Shown piece after piece: positions 53,128 to 64,000 of a stretch of DNA of 64,000 bases. Position 1 is the stretch's first letter; every line of letters begins with the position of its first letter. The notes beneath the pieces are model-generated. The model saw only the letters and a list, made by a program, of their open reading frames with translations, had not been told where the DNA came from and did no database searches. The translations under genes were made by a program, and so were the position numbers. This DNA comes from Octopus vulgaris (Eukaryota): positions 34,968,001 through 35,032,000 of the forward strand of contig OX597835.1 of the NCBI GenBank assembly GCA_951406725.2. The letters are read 5' to 3'.

Positions 53128-53500
53128 AATACGTGTGTATACATGTACTTATAAATACTCAAAATTACAATTAAATATATGCCTATCATGTATGTTCTTA
53201 TATAATGTACTTATATATAGAACTATTTAAATTACACTGTTACAAATGATATTTATGCATGTATGTGTGTATATATATATATACATGCATGTATGTATGT
53301 ATATATATACACAAATATATATGCTCATAGATGTCTATCTATCTATATATTTTAGCATACATACATATATACGTTTATATATGTAAACGCATATATGTTT
53401 ACATATGTACACACACATATATATATATATATTTACACACACGGATATATATATATTTATATTTTTATATATATAATCATATATATGTATATGTATATAA

Positions 53501-53570
<70 letters not shown>

Positions 53571-53947
53571 GTATTTATACATACACACAAACACACACAC
53601 TGGCCAACAGAGACACACATACACACACATATGTAAAAAGGATCTTCGTAGATTTCGACGATTACAGCTTCGATTATTCAACCATCTGAACAACGTGGGT
53701 ACAGAGTTAACGTGTGAATACCTGAACGTTCTGCAGACTCGTACAATGAACGACCTGACATTAGTGACCTGACAAAATATATGACATGACTGCTGTGATG
53801 AGTTTCAGGTGCCATGCATTGTCCAGGCTTCTGCACAGTCTTTACCTTCCAGTTAAACTCAGAAGGCTTGTGTTGAGCAAAAGCAAGGCGTAAGTCTTTT
53901 ACTAATCATGATTTTAAAACGATGGTTTTAGCTACAGATTTTTCTTG

Positions 53948-54258
53948 TCTTTTTGTTGTTTGTTCCTTCTCGAGCCATGCCTGGCTCATAAGGGCTGGTT
54001 TCCCGGTTTCTTGGCGTATAGGTTCCCCACCTGGACGGGACGCCGGTCCATCGCAAGGTGAGCTGCAAGATACAGGAGGAAAGAGTGAGAGAAAGTTGTG
54101 ACGAAAGAGTCAGCAGAAGTTTCGCCATTACCTTCTGCCGGAGCCACGTATAGCTTAGGTGTTTCGCTCATAAACACACACATCATGTGGTCTGAGATTC
54201 GAACCCGCAATCCCTCGACCGCGAGTCCGCTGCTCTATCCACTAGGCCATGTGACCCC
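53948..54258 (-). mobile_element. SINE family C relative with TSD
   Basis: acagatttttcttg on both sides; tRNA head with ggttcgaatc B box. Confidence 0.85.
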
Positions 54259-54371
54259 ACAGATTTTTCTTGGTGATCATATATGTACTACTAGTACATA
54301 TGCATATGTGTGTGCGCGTGTGTGTGTATGTGAGTTGTGTGTAAGTGTGTGTATACATATCTATTTATATA

Positions 54372-54598
54372 TTACTCTTTACTCTTTTACCTGTTTCAGT
54401 CATTTGACTGCGGCCATGCTGGAGCACCGCCTTTAATCGAGCAACTCGACCCCGGGACTTATTTTTTTGTAAGCCCAGTACTTATTCTATCGGTCTCTGT
54501 TGCCGAACCGCTAAGTAACGGGGACATAAACACACCAGCATCGGTTGTCAAGCGATGTTGGGGGGGGGGACAAACACAGACACACAAACACACACACG

Positions 54599-54670
<72 letters not shown>

Positions 54671-55138
54671 TATATGTAGGTCCCGGGTTGATTCGGGGTT
54701 AACCACATAAGTAAGGTACTCAATACATAGCAGAGTAAAATTAATTTATTATATTATATATTATATATATTATATATTATATATATGTATACACTTGTAT
54801 GTGTATGTATATATATGTGTGTAAGTGTGTGTGTGTGTATATATATGGATGCGCGTGCGTGTGTGCACGTGTATGGGTACGCATGTATATGTGTATGTGC
54901 GTGTATGCGTATACGTGTGGGTGTGTGTATGCGTATAAATGCATGTAAGTAGGGATATATGGATGTATGTATGTATGTATACGTATGTATGTGTGTATGT
55001 GTGTATGTATATATATATGTGTGTATATATGTTTGTGTATGTATATATATGTGTATGTATGTGTGTGTGTATGTATGTGTGTATGTGTATGTATGTGTAT
55101 ATATGTATATATATATATATATGTATATATATGTATGC

Positions 55139-55170
<32 letters not shown>

Positions 55171-55630
55171 GTATGTATCTGTATGTAGGAGTATTTTTGT
55201 ATATATATATTTTATATATATATATTTTTTTTATATATATTTTTTATATTTTTTATTTTTTTATTTTATTTTTTTTATTTTATTTTATTTTATTCTTTTA
55301 TTTTTTACTTTTTATTTTTTATATTTTTTTATTTTTTTATTTTATTTTTTTATTTATCTATTCTTTCATATATATCCTTGACCACTCCCCAAGTATGATA
55401 CATATATACGACGGGCTGTGAAGCCCTTCTATATAATAAATATATATATATATATATATTTACATTATGCGGGCTTCTTTCAGTTTCTGTCTACCAAATC
55501 CTCTCACAAGGCTTTGGTCGGCCCGAGGCTATAGTAGAAGACACTTGCCCAAGGTGCCACGCAGTGGTACTGAACCCGGAACCATGTGGCTGGTGAACAA
55601 GCTACTTACCACACAGCCACTCTTGCGCCT
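54372..55630 (-). mobile_element. SINE B pieces (54372-54590 tail half, 55468-55630 head half)
   Basis: Match to SINE B, separated by expanded simple repeats. Confidence 0.8.
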
Positions 55631-55936
55631 ATGTGTGTATATATGTGTAAATATGTATAAATATATTCATATATATACATATATATTCATATCTATATGT
55701 ATATGTATGTTTCCCTCTAAATATAAAAAATATATATAAACATATATAATGATATATACATGTAAAGCTATATATGTATAAATATCCATGTATTTGTAGA
55801 TATATACTTTCATATATCAATCACAATGTGTTTATGTGTGCGCAGTGAGTGCATAAATGTGCATAATTGTATATGTATTTTGTATATATGCGTATACATG
55901 TACATATGTAATGCATCCATCCTTATACATATATAA

Positions 55937-55994
<58 letters not shown>

Positions 55995-56042
55995 GTATGC
56001 ATGTATATACATATACATACATATAAATACACACACATACAT

Positions 56043-56152
<110 letters not shown>

Positions 56153-56309
56153 GTGTATATATATGTATATATATATACATTTATAGATACCGGTAAAATA
56201 TATATTTGTATGTAAAATATAAATGAAGTGAAATGAAACAAAATCGTTTCCATGTTTTAAATCGAAATACAATGTGGAAATGGAATGAGCGAACATCACC
56301 ACCACCACC

Positions 56310-56341
<32 letters not shown>

Positions 56342-57583
56342 CAATAATAACTACAGTAACAGCATTAGAAGTAATAACCAGAGCAAGAACATAGACAATG
56401 TAGATGCGAAAAAAAAAACCAAGAAGCAATAGAAGAAAATAGAGAAAGAAAAGAAAAAACCGAAGGAACATCAGAACGAAAAAAGAATAACGAAAAGAAT
56501 TTCTATCCAAAACACCCAGAAGCATAAAAAATGTAAATAATGAGAGAAAAAATGTGACAGTAGCAGTCGTAGTCATAGTAGTAGTAGTAGTAGTAGTGGT
56601 AGTAGTGGTAGTGGTAGTGGCTGTTGTTGATGTTAATGTTGTCATTGCAATTCTTATTGCTATTATTAGTGTTGTGCAGTCCTGGCGCTGTTATAGTTGT
56701 TGTTGTTGTTATTATTGTTATTGTTGCTGTTGTTGCTGCAATCATCATCATCATCATCACCATCACCATCCTCCTCCTCCTCCTCCTCCTCCTCCTCATC
56801 ATCATCGTCGGCGTCCTCCTCCTCCTCCTCCTCCTCATCATCATCATCATTATCGTCATCATGATCATCATGATCATCATCATTATCCTCATCATTATCC
56901 TCCTCCTCCTCCTCCTCATCGTCGTCGTCGTTGTCATCCTCCTGCTCCTGCTCCTGCTCCTGTCCTTCTCCTCCTCCTGCTCCTCCTCCTCCTCCTCATC
57001 ATCACCATCATTATTATTATTGTTATTATTATTATCATCATCATCATTATTATTATTATTATTACTTCTTCGTGTTGTTTCCTGGTATGGATATAGATGT
57101 TGTTGTTGTTGTTGTTGCTGTTATTTGCTTTATTCATTGTATTGTTTTACCGGAGTCTTTCCCAATACAACAGTAACAACAAATGAATGACACGCAAACG
57201 ACGACGACGACTACGACGGTGATGATGATGATGATGATGATGACGACGTTGGTGATTACGATGGTGATGCTCATAATGATGTTGATGATGACAATGATGA
57301 CAATGTCAACCATGACGACGATCTCGACGACGAGGATGATGGCGATGAAGCTGATAACAATGGTGGTGATGATGATGATGACTGATGATGACGACAATGA
57401 CGACGACGACGACGACGATGTTGATGATGATGATGATGATGATGATGATGAGGATGATGGTGACCACGACGATGAGGAAGATGACAACGAAGACAATGAT
57501 GAGAATGATGATGACGATGATGTTGATGACGATGATGTTGATGACGATGATGTTGATGATGATGATGTTGATGACGATGATGT

Positions 57584-57633
<50 letters not shown>

Positions 57634-58315
57634 GTGACCACGACGACGTTGAAGATGACAACGATGACAATGATGAGAATGATGATGACGATGATGTTGA
57701 TGACGATGATGTAGATGATGATGTTGATGACGATGATGATGGTGGCAATGATGTTGATGATGATGATGTTGATGGCAATGTTGTTGATGCCGATGATGAT
57801 GATGATATCGTCGACGGTATTTACAATGAAAAAAAAAATAACCTCAACGATGACAATGTGGATTATTCGTTGCGAAATAAACTGAGAAAAACAACAACAA
57901 AAAAATTAAACAAATTTTATGACAAAAAATGATTTTAAAAAACGAAAAAAAAAAAACGACAGAAAACAACGAGTGATTCCCCTCATCACGCCTCCCCCCT
58001 CCCCCTACACCATAAACAAAATAAAAGAAGAAAGAAGTAGATATGAAAGAGAAGAGAAAGAAAAAATGATTGAAAAAATACATTCACGCACACACGCTCA
58101 TATAATTATACATACATGTATGTGTGTGTACACCTATACATATAAATGTGTGACACATACTCACATACACGCACACATACACATATACACGCATATATAA
58201 ATATGTAGATATGTGAAATTACGTAACTAAATATTATATATGCGTATATATGCATATGACTATGCACATACACACACACACATATGTATATGTATGTATA
58301 TTTATTTATTTATAA

Positions 58316-58383
<68 letters not shown>

Positions 58384-58634
58384 ATATATATATGTCTCTC
58401 GCTATATATATATAGATATACATATACATACATGCGTCAGTTTACGTGCGTATATATATATATATATATATAAAACACACATGAATACACGTAGACACAC
58501 ATATGTGTATATATTTGCTCGTGTGAGCAGATATATACATAATATATACATAAATGATCATGTACATACATACATACATACATGCATACCTACATACATA
58601 CATACATACATACATACATACATAAGTACATATA

Positions 58635-58668
<34 letters not shown>

Positions 58669-59081
58669 CGTATTCATATATATATATATATTCATATATA
58701 TATATATATACGTATTCATAATTGCATACGCACATGCATGCACGCTGACACCTGCATACACAAACACACACATACACACACACATATGTATATATATATG
58801 CACATAAATACATGCATATACACATGCAAAAATAATTTTTAAAATTCGTAAAGAAAGATGGAGAAAAAACATCCTTGAGCAATATAAAAAAAAAATAGAC
58901 AAAAACCAAAAGTAACGGTTGAAAGGAAACAACAATGCCACCACCACCACCACCACCACCACCACCACCACCACCACCACCACCACCACCACCACCACCA
59001 CCACCACCACCACCATTAACAACAACAACAACAACAACAACAGCAACAACAGCAGCAACAACAACAAAGGCAACGAAAAGC

Positions 59082-59240
59082 AATATTCACTGCGGAACTA
59101 ACATCGTTCTACCTGAGCTGAAAAATTGAGAAGTATAAATTTGATAAATTGTCATGTATATCTTGACATTGATAGCTCTACTTCTCTATCTGCCAGAATG
59201 TAACAATATAGCCTTTATAACTATTCCGCAGTGAATGTTT
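59082..59240. mobile_element. Possible small MITE
   Basis: Inverted ends aatattcactgcggaa / ttccgcagtgaatgtt and internal gagaagta/tacttctc. Confidence 0.45.
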
Positions 59241-59285
59241 AGAAACGCATCATCACAGACACATGTATGTACGCACCGATGTTTA

Positions 59286-59416
<131 letters not shown>

Positions 59417-59497
59417 TTTTCAGCTCAGATAGAACGATGTTAGTTCCGCAGTGAATATTGCTTTTCGTTGCCTTTGTTGTTGTTGCTGCTTGCTGTT

Positions 59498-61825
59498 CAC
59501 AGTATTTCAGTTGAAAAAACTCTCCTCTCAGATCACGACATGGTACTCTGCAATTTCAATTCCCGACATATAAAAACCAAACCAGCCAATCCCACTCCAT
59601 GGCACTCATTTGATAACATAAACTTCCACAAAGCGGACTGGGGAGCAATCAGAAAGGATCTGTCTTTCATCGACTGGTCTTTTACTCTCAATTCCACCCA
59701 TATTGAGACCGCATGGCAGCACTTTGAAAACATTGTCACATATACATGCTCTAAACACGCTCCCACGAAATCTACTAACACAAACAGAAATCGGCTCCCT
59801 AAAAAGAAGAAAACACTCATCAGGCGCATCAAAAGACTTAACAAAAAAATCAACCAATTAAAATATTCCCACAAACAACATCCACGTTCAACAACAATGA
59901 AAAGGCTAGAGCTGGAAAAACTTCATCTGCAGAACGACATGAAAACCTCCATTGAAAACCAAAGAGCTGCTGAGGAACAGTGGGTAATCAAAAACATCAA
60001 ACAGAACCCAAAAGTGTTCTATTCCTATGCAACTAGGCATAGAACCACTGTCTCACCCATTGGGCCATTGATTGATGCTAACGGCATTCCCCAACACGAT
60101 GCTAAAGAAATGGCAGAAATACTGCAGAAACAATACTACTCTGTCTTTAGTGTTCCCACTGATATTGACGTAAGAGAAGCGAACGAAGTTGACTCCCAAC
60201 ATAAAATCTCAGACATAACCTTCACTCCCACTGACATCGTAGCAGCAATAAATGAGGTCAAATACTACTCTGCTGTAGGCCCTGATAGATTCCCCGCTAG
60301 TCTCCTGAAGGAATGTAGACACCAACTTGCAGTCCCTCCGACCAACCTCTGGAGAAATTCGTTAGATGCAGGTTATATACCAAAACAGTTTCTATCCCAG
60401 TCAGTCATCCCGGTTTTCAAACAGGGAAACAGATCCCTCGCACTCAATTATCGCCCAATCTCACTCACCTCCCACATCATCAAAGTGTTTGAAAGAGTGT
60501 TAAGATCAAGGATGGCTGACTTCCTGGAGACCCAGAAACTCCTAAATGCAAATCAGCATGGCCTTCGCTGTGGCAGGGACTGTCTAACACAGCTCTTACA
60601 CCACATTGAAGATGTACTCAAAGCCTTGGGAACAGGTTCGAACTCTGATGTCATATATCTTGACTTCAGTAAAGCGTTCGACAGGGTAGACCATAATATC
60701 CTACTCGCAAAATTGGCAAATGTTGGAATCCGTGGAAAAGTTCTACACTGGATCAAGTATTTCCTGGCGAATAGAACACAACATGTTGTAGTTGATGGAG
60801 TCCACTCAAGCCCAGCAAAAGTCACCAGCGGTGTCCCCCAGGGGACTGTCTTGGGTCCGCTACTCTTCATAATCTACATAAACGACCTTTCCAGTGTCGT
60901 ACATTACTGCAAAGTGAAAATATTTGCTGATGACACCAAGCTCCAGCAAATCGTCAATGAAGAAGCAGACCGAACTCAACTCCAGTCTGATCTATATGCT
61001 GTGAGTCAATGGGCAGACAGAAACAAAATGCAACTGAACGAGGGAAAATTTGAGCTGATGCATTTTGGAAGAAACTCCTCACTAAAACAGCCATACTCTC
61101 TTCCTTCAGGGGAACCGCTCACAGCCTCTAACAATATCAGAGACCTGGGTGTAATTGTTGATGACGATCTCAGTTGGAGTGCACACATCAACAAGAAGGT
61201 CGATATAGCTCGTAGGATGAGTTCCTGGATCTTAAGAACTTTCCGGTCCAGAGAACAAGGTGTCATCATACCACTTTTTTCCTCCTTTGTACGGCCACAC
61301 CTTCAATACTGCTGCCCACCGTGGTCTCCTCACACAAGACAAAACATCTCCAGAATTGAGTCACCCCAGAGGGCACTCACTAAACGCATTGAAGGCATGG
61401 CTGCTCTCGATTATTGGGATCGCCTTAAAGCCTTGAAACTTTACTCCCTCCAGCGTCGCCGTGAGCGGTACATCATTTGTACGATGTGGAAAATATACCG
61501 CCAACTTTGCCCAAACGACCTAAACATTAGCTTCAAGGTTCATCCAAGACTTGGACCACGGGCTATACGTCCCCTGCCCAATTCAAGATCACAACATACA
61601 TGTACACTGCAACATAATTTCTTTTCCTCAACAGGCCCTGCCCTATTTAACATTGTCCCGAGAGAGATCAAAGAGGAAAAGGATCCCATCAACTTTAAAC
61701 AGAGTCTGGATAGATTCCTTCAAATACCAGATATACCACCCATAATTGGATACAACTCACCCAACAAGAACTACTACTTGGATACAACTCACCCAACAAG
61801 AACTCACTACTTGAACAAAACTTGA
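59498..61825 (+). CDS. ORF2 reverse transcriptase (open but N-terminally truncated)
   Basis: [66 protein letters not shown]. Confidence 0.93.
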   Translation, partial: HSISVEKTLLSDHDMVLCNFNSRHIKTKPANPTPWHSFDNINFHKADWGAIRKDLSFIDWSFTLNSTHIETAWQHFENIVTYTCSKHAPTKSTNTNRNRLPKKKKTLIRRIKRLNKKINQLKYSHKQHPRSTTMKRLELEKLHLQNDMKTSIENQRAAEEQWVIKNIKQNPKVFYSYATRHRTTVSPIGPLIDANGIPQHDAKEMAEILQKQYYSVFSVPTDIDVREANEVDSQHKISDITFTPTDIVAAINEVKYYSAVGPDRFPASLLKECRHQLAVPPTNLWRNSLDAGYIPKQFLSQSVIPVFKQGNRSLALNYRPISLTSHIIKVFERVLRSRMADFLETQKLLNANQHGLRCGRDCLTQLLHHIEDVLKALGTGSNSDVIYLDFSKAFDRVDHNILLAKLANVGIRGKVLHWIKYFLANRTQHVVVDGVHSSPAKVTSGVPQGTVLGPLLFIIYINDLSSVVHYCKVKIFADDTKLQQIVNEEADRTQLQSDLYAVSQWADRNKMQLNEGKFELMHFGRNSSLKQPYSLPSGEPLTASNNIRDLGVIVDDDLSWSAHINKKVDIARRMSSWILRTFRSREQGVIIPLFSSFVRPHLQYCCPPWSPHTRQNISRIESPQRALTKRIEGMAALDYWDRLKALKLYSLQRRRERYIICTMWKIYRQLCPNDLNISFKVHPRLGPRAIRPLPNSRSQHTCTLQHNFFSSTGPALFNIVPREIKEEKDPINFKQSLDRFLQIPDIPPIIGYNSPNKNYYLDTTHPTRTHYLNKT

Positions 61826-61919
61826 CTTAAACAGGATTCGAATAATCCTATCAGGTGGTGCTATTAAGTTAGACATGGCCTGGACCAATCTTTGGTCGAA
61901 ACATATCTAAGTTTATCTA

Positions 61920-61924
<5 letters not shown>
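59498..61924 (+). mobile_element. 5'-truncated CR1/L2-group LINE
   Basis: Starts inside the APE domain (LSDHDMV); short 3' UTR with hairpin and (atctaagttt)2 tail. Confidence 0.92.
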
Positions 61925-61960
<36 letters not shown>

Positions 61961-61969
<9 letters not shown>

Positions 61970-62958
61970 TAAAAGAATAAAACATATGCATATATATAAA
62001 CATATATGTACGTACCTACCTCTACATGTACATATACACGCATATATGTGTACAGGACACCAAAAAGACGTCGAACACATAGAGAGACGAAAAACATAGA
62101 CACAAACCAAGGAACAGGACAAGAAAAAATGGAGTACAGGACAATTAGCACAACGAAAAAACCCCTTCTTCAGTCGCTAAGGTTTCATCTACTCTACGTT
62201 TCGAAGGATAAAAGCGAGACGTATCTTCGAAGAAACTTCCTTCCTGCGAAAAGCAAATCAATTAAAATTCTGAGATCTTTTCGCAGAGGGGTAAAAAATG
62301 GTAAAAAAAGCAAGACGGTAACGACAGTACAAACAAATAAACAGTAAAAAATATATATATAAACAGTGGAAAAATAAATATATAACAGTAAGAGACAGGA
62401 CAAGGAGAACAGGATAAGAAGGGCTGTTTACGCCAGACGAAAAAAGTATTGCAAACGCTGGATTATAGTGGACGACGAGAGAGCAGGAAATGTCGACCAG
62501 TAGCCTTAGAAGGCGGGCGAGAAAAGACAGGATAGCAGTTACGACGGAAGTATCGTCGCAGATGGACGACGGGAATGGGGGAGGAGGAGCAAGAGGAAGG
62601 GAGAGAAGAAGGGGAATGGTGCGAGGAGACCATGAAGAATGGTGAGGGGGAGAGAGAGAATGAAGAATGAGAGAGAGAGGAAGAGACAAGTTAAGTGAGG
62701 GAAAAAAAGACGAAAAAGGGAATGGGATAGAAAGAAAGAAAGATGCAGAGTCGCGTGAGAGTTAATATCAAGGCTAACTTGATATACAGAACAATCTTAC
62801 TTAAGAGGGTGCGTGCGTTTAGTCGTATAATATATTAATAAAAGAATAGAACATATGCATATATATAAACATATATGTACGTACCTACCTCTACATGTAC
62901 ATATACACGCATATATGTGTACAGGACACCAAAAAGACGTCGAACACATAGAGAGACG

Positions 62959-62959
<1 letters not shown>
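61961..62959 (-). mobile_element. Non-coding element with ~130-bp terminal direct repeats (period 869) in (TA)n
   Basis: 61961-62090 nearly identical to 62830-62959. Confidence 0.85.
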
Positions 62960-63005
<46 letters not shown>

Positions 63006-63029
63006 TATACATAGATATATACGTATATA

Positions 63030-63273
63030 TACTCTTTTACTCTTTTACTTGTTTCAGTCATTTGACTGCGGCCATGCTGGAGCACCACCTTTTTTTAGTC
63101 GAGCAAATCGACCCCAGGACTTATTCTTTGTAAGCTTAGTACTTAATTTATCAGTCTCTTTTGCCGAACCGCTAAGTTACGGGGACGTAAACACACCACC
63201 ATCCGTTGTGAAGCGATGTTGGGGGGGGACAAACACAGACACACAAACATACACACACACACATAAACATACT

Positions 63274-63304
<31 letters not shown>

Positions 63305-63466
63305 GATGAGCTTCCTTAAGTTTCCGTCTACCAAATCCACTCAAAAGGCTTTGGTCGGCCCGAGGCTAGAGAGGAAGACACTTGCCCAGGTGCCACGCAG
63401 TCGGACTGAACTAGGAACCATGTGGTTCGTAAGCAAGCTACTTACTACATAGCCTCTTCTACGCCT
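63030..63466 (-). mobile_element. SINE family B
   Basis: Tail through head. Confidence 0.9.
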
Positions 63467-63484
63467 GTATATATATATATATAT

Positions 63485-63630
63485 TGTTTCCTTCTGTGTT
63501 CCTTTCTGTGGAAGAGCATAGGCTCGAAACGTAAAAGTCTTTTTCAATTCCCGAGCGTTTTACTAATACATGTTTGTTTTGTACACCACCTGTCTTCGTC
63601 TTTTGTTTTTTTTCGTGAATTCCCCCTATA
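63485..63630 (+). mobile_element. Small (TA)n-flanked repeat with variant hammerhead motif
   Basis: cttt-CTGTGGA-a-gagc-atag-gctc-GAAAC-GTA-aaag at 63502-63537. Confidence 0.75.
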
Positions 63631-63718
63631 TATATATACATAAATATATGTGTGTGTGTATGTATATATATAAAAACACCTATGTGTGTGTATATACATA
63701 CATATATAAATACACACG

Positions 63719-63749
<31 letters not shown>

Positions 63750-64000
63750 TTATATATTCAGCATTGTGTTACCGGTTTCAATCACTTGAATTTAGCCATG
63801 GACAATAGTTTGTAAGGGTTTTTTTGTCGTTTATATCACCCCCCCCATTGCATGTTTCAGTTTGGTACTTATTCTATCGCAATCTGTTTGTCAAACCACT
63901 CTATTATTGCACATAGAAGGACACAACGATAATCTACCATGGCTTTTAGACAGGTGTAAAACAAGCACAGACGCAGAAATAGAAGCATGTGCCGATGCAC

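Noticed and set aside
57183-57932. Asp/Met-rich ORFs resembling acidic biomineral proteins; ~174-bp internal duplication
   Set aside because: (GAT)n degenerate repeat open in several frames; no splice or signal evidence

Overview
Eukaryotic, AT-rich DNA packed with microsatellites and transposon relics. The SINE families and repeat landscape point to an octopus (cephalopod) genome, which is an inference and not a database match. Almost all ORFs in the track are simple-repeat artefacts. Real coding content is transposon-derived: a near full-length L1/Tx1-clade LINE (40014-46030) stacked with two 3' fragments in (ATCT)n, a 5'-truncated CR1/L2-group LINE (59498-61924), three mariner copies, RTE and R4/Dong-like fragments, a Helitron-like element and MITEs. 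At least four tRNA-derived SINE families are present. The most notable signal is a dense set of hammerhead-ribozyme motifs in small non-coding elements: a 227-bp tandem retrozyme-like unit, a canonical Penelope-type core, and a repeat family with a non-canonical CUGUCGA core. Also notable are two SINE-LINE shared-tail pairs, several local templated or inverted duplications, and weak evidence for short minus-strand host exons.
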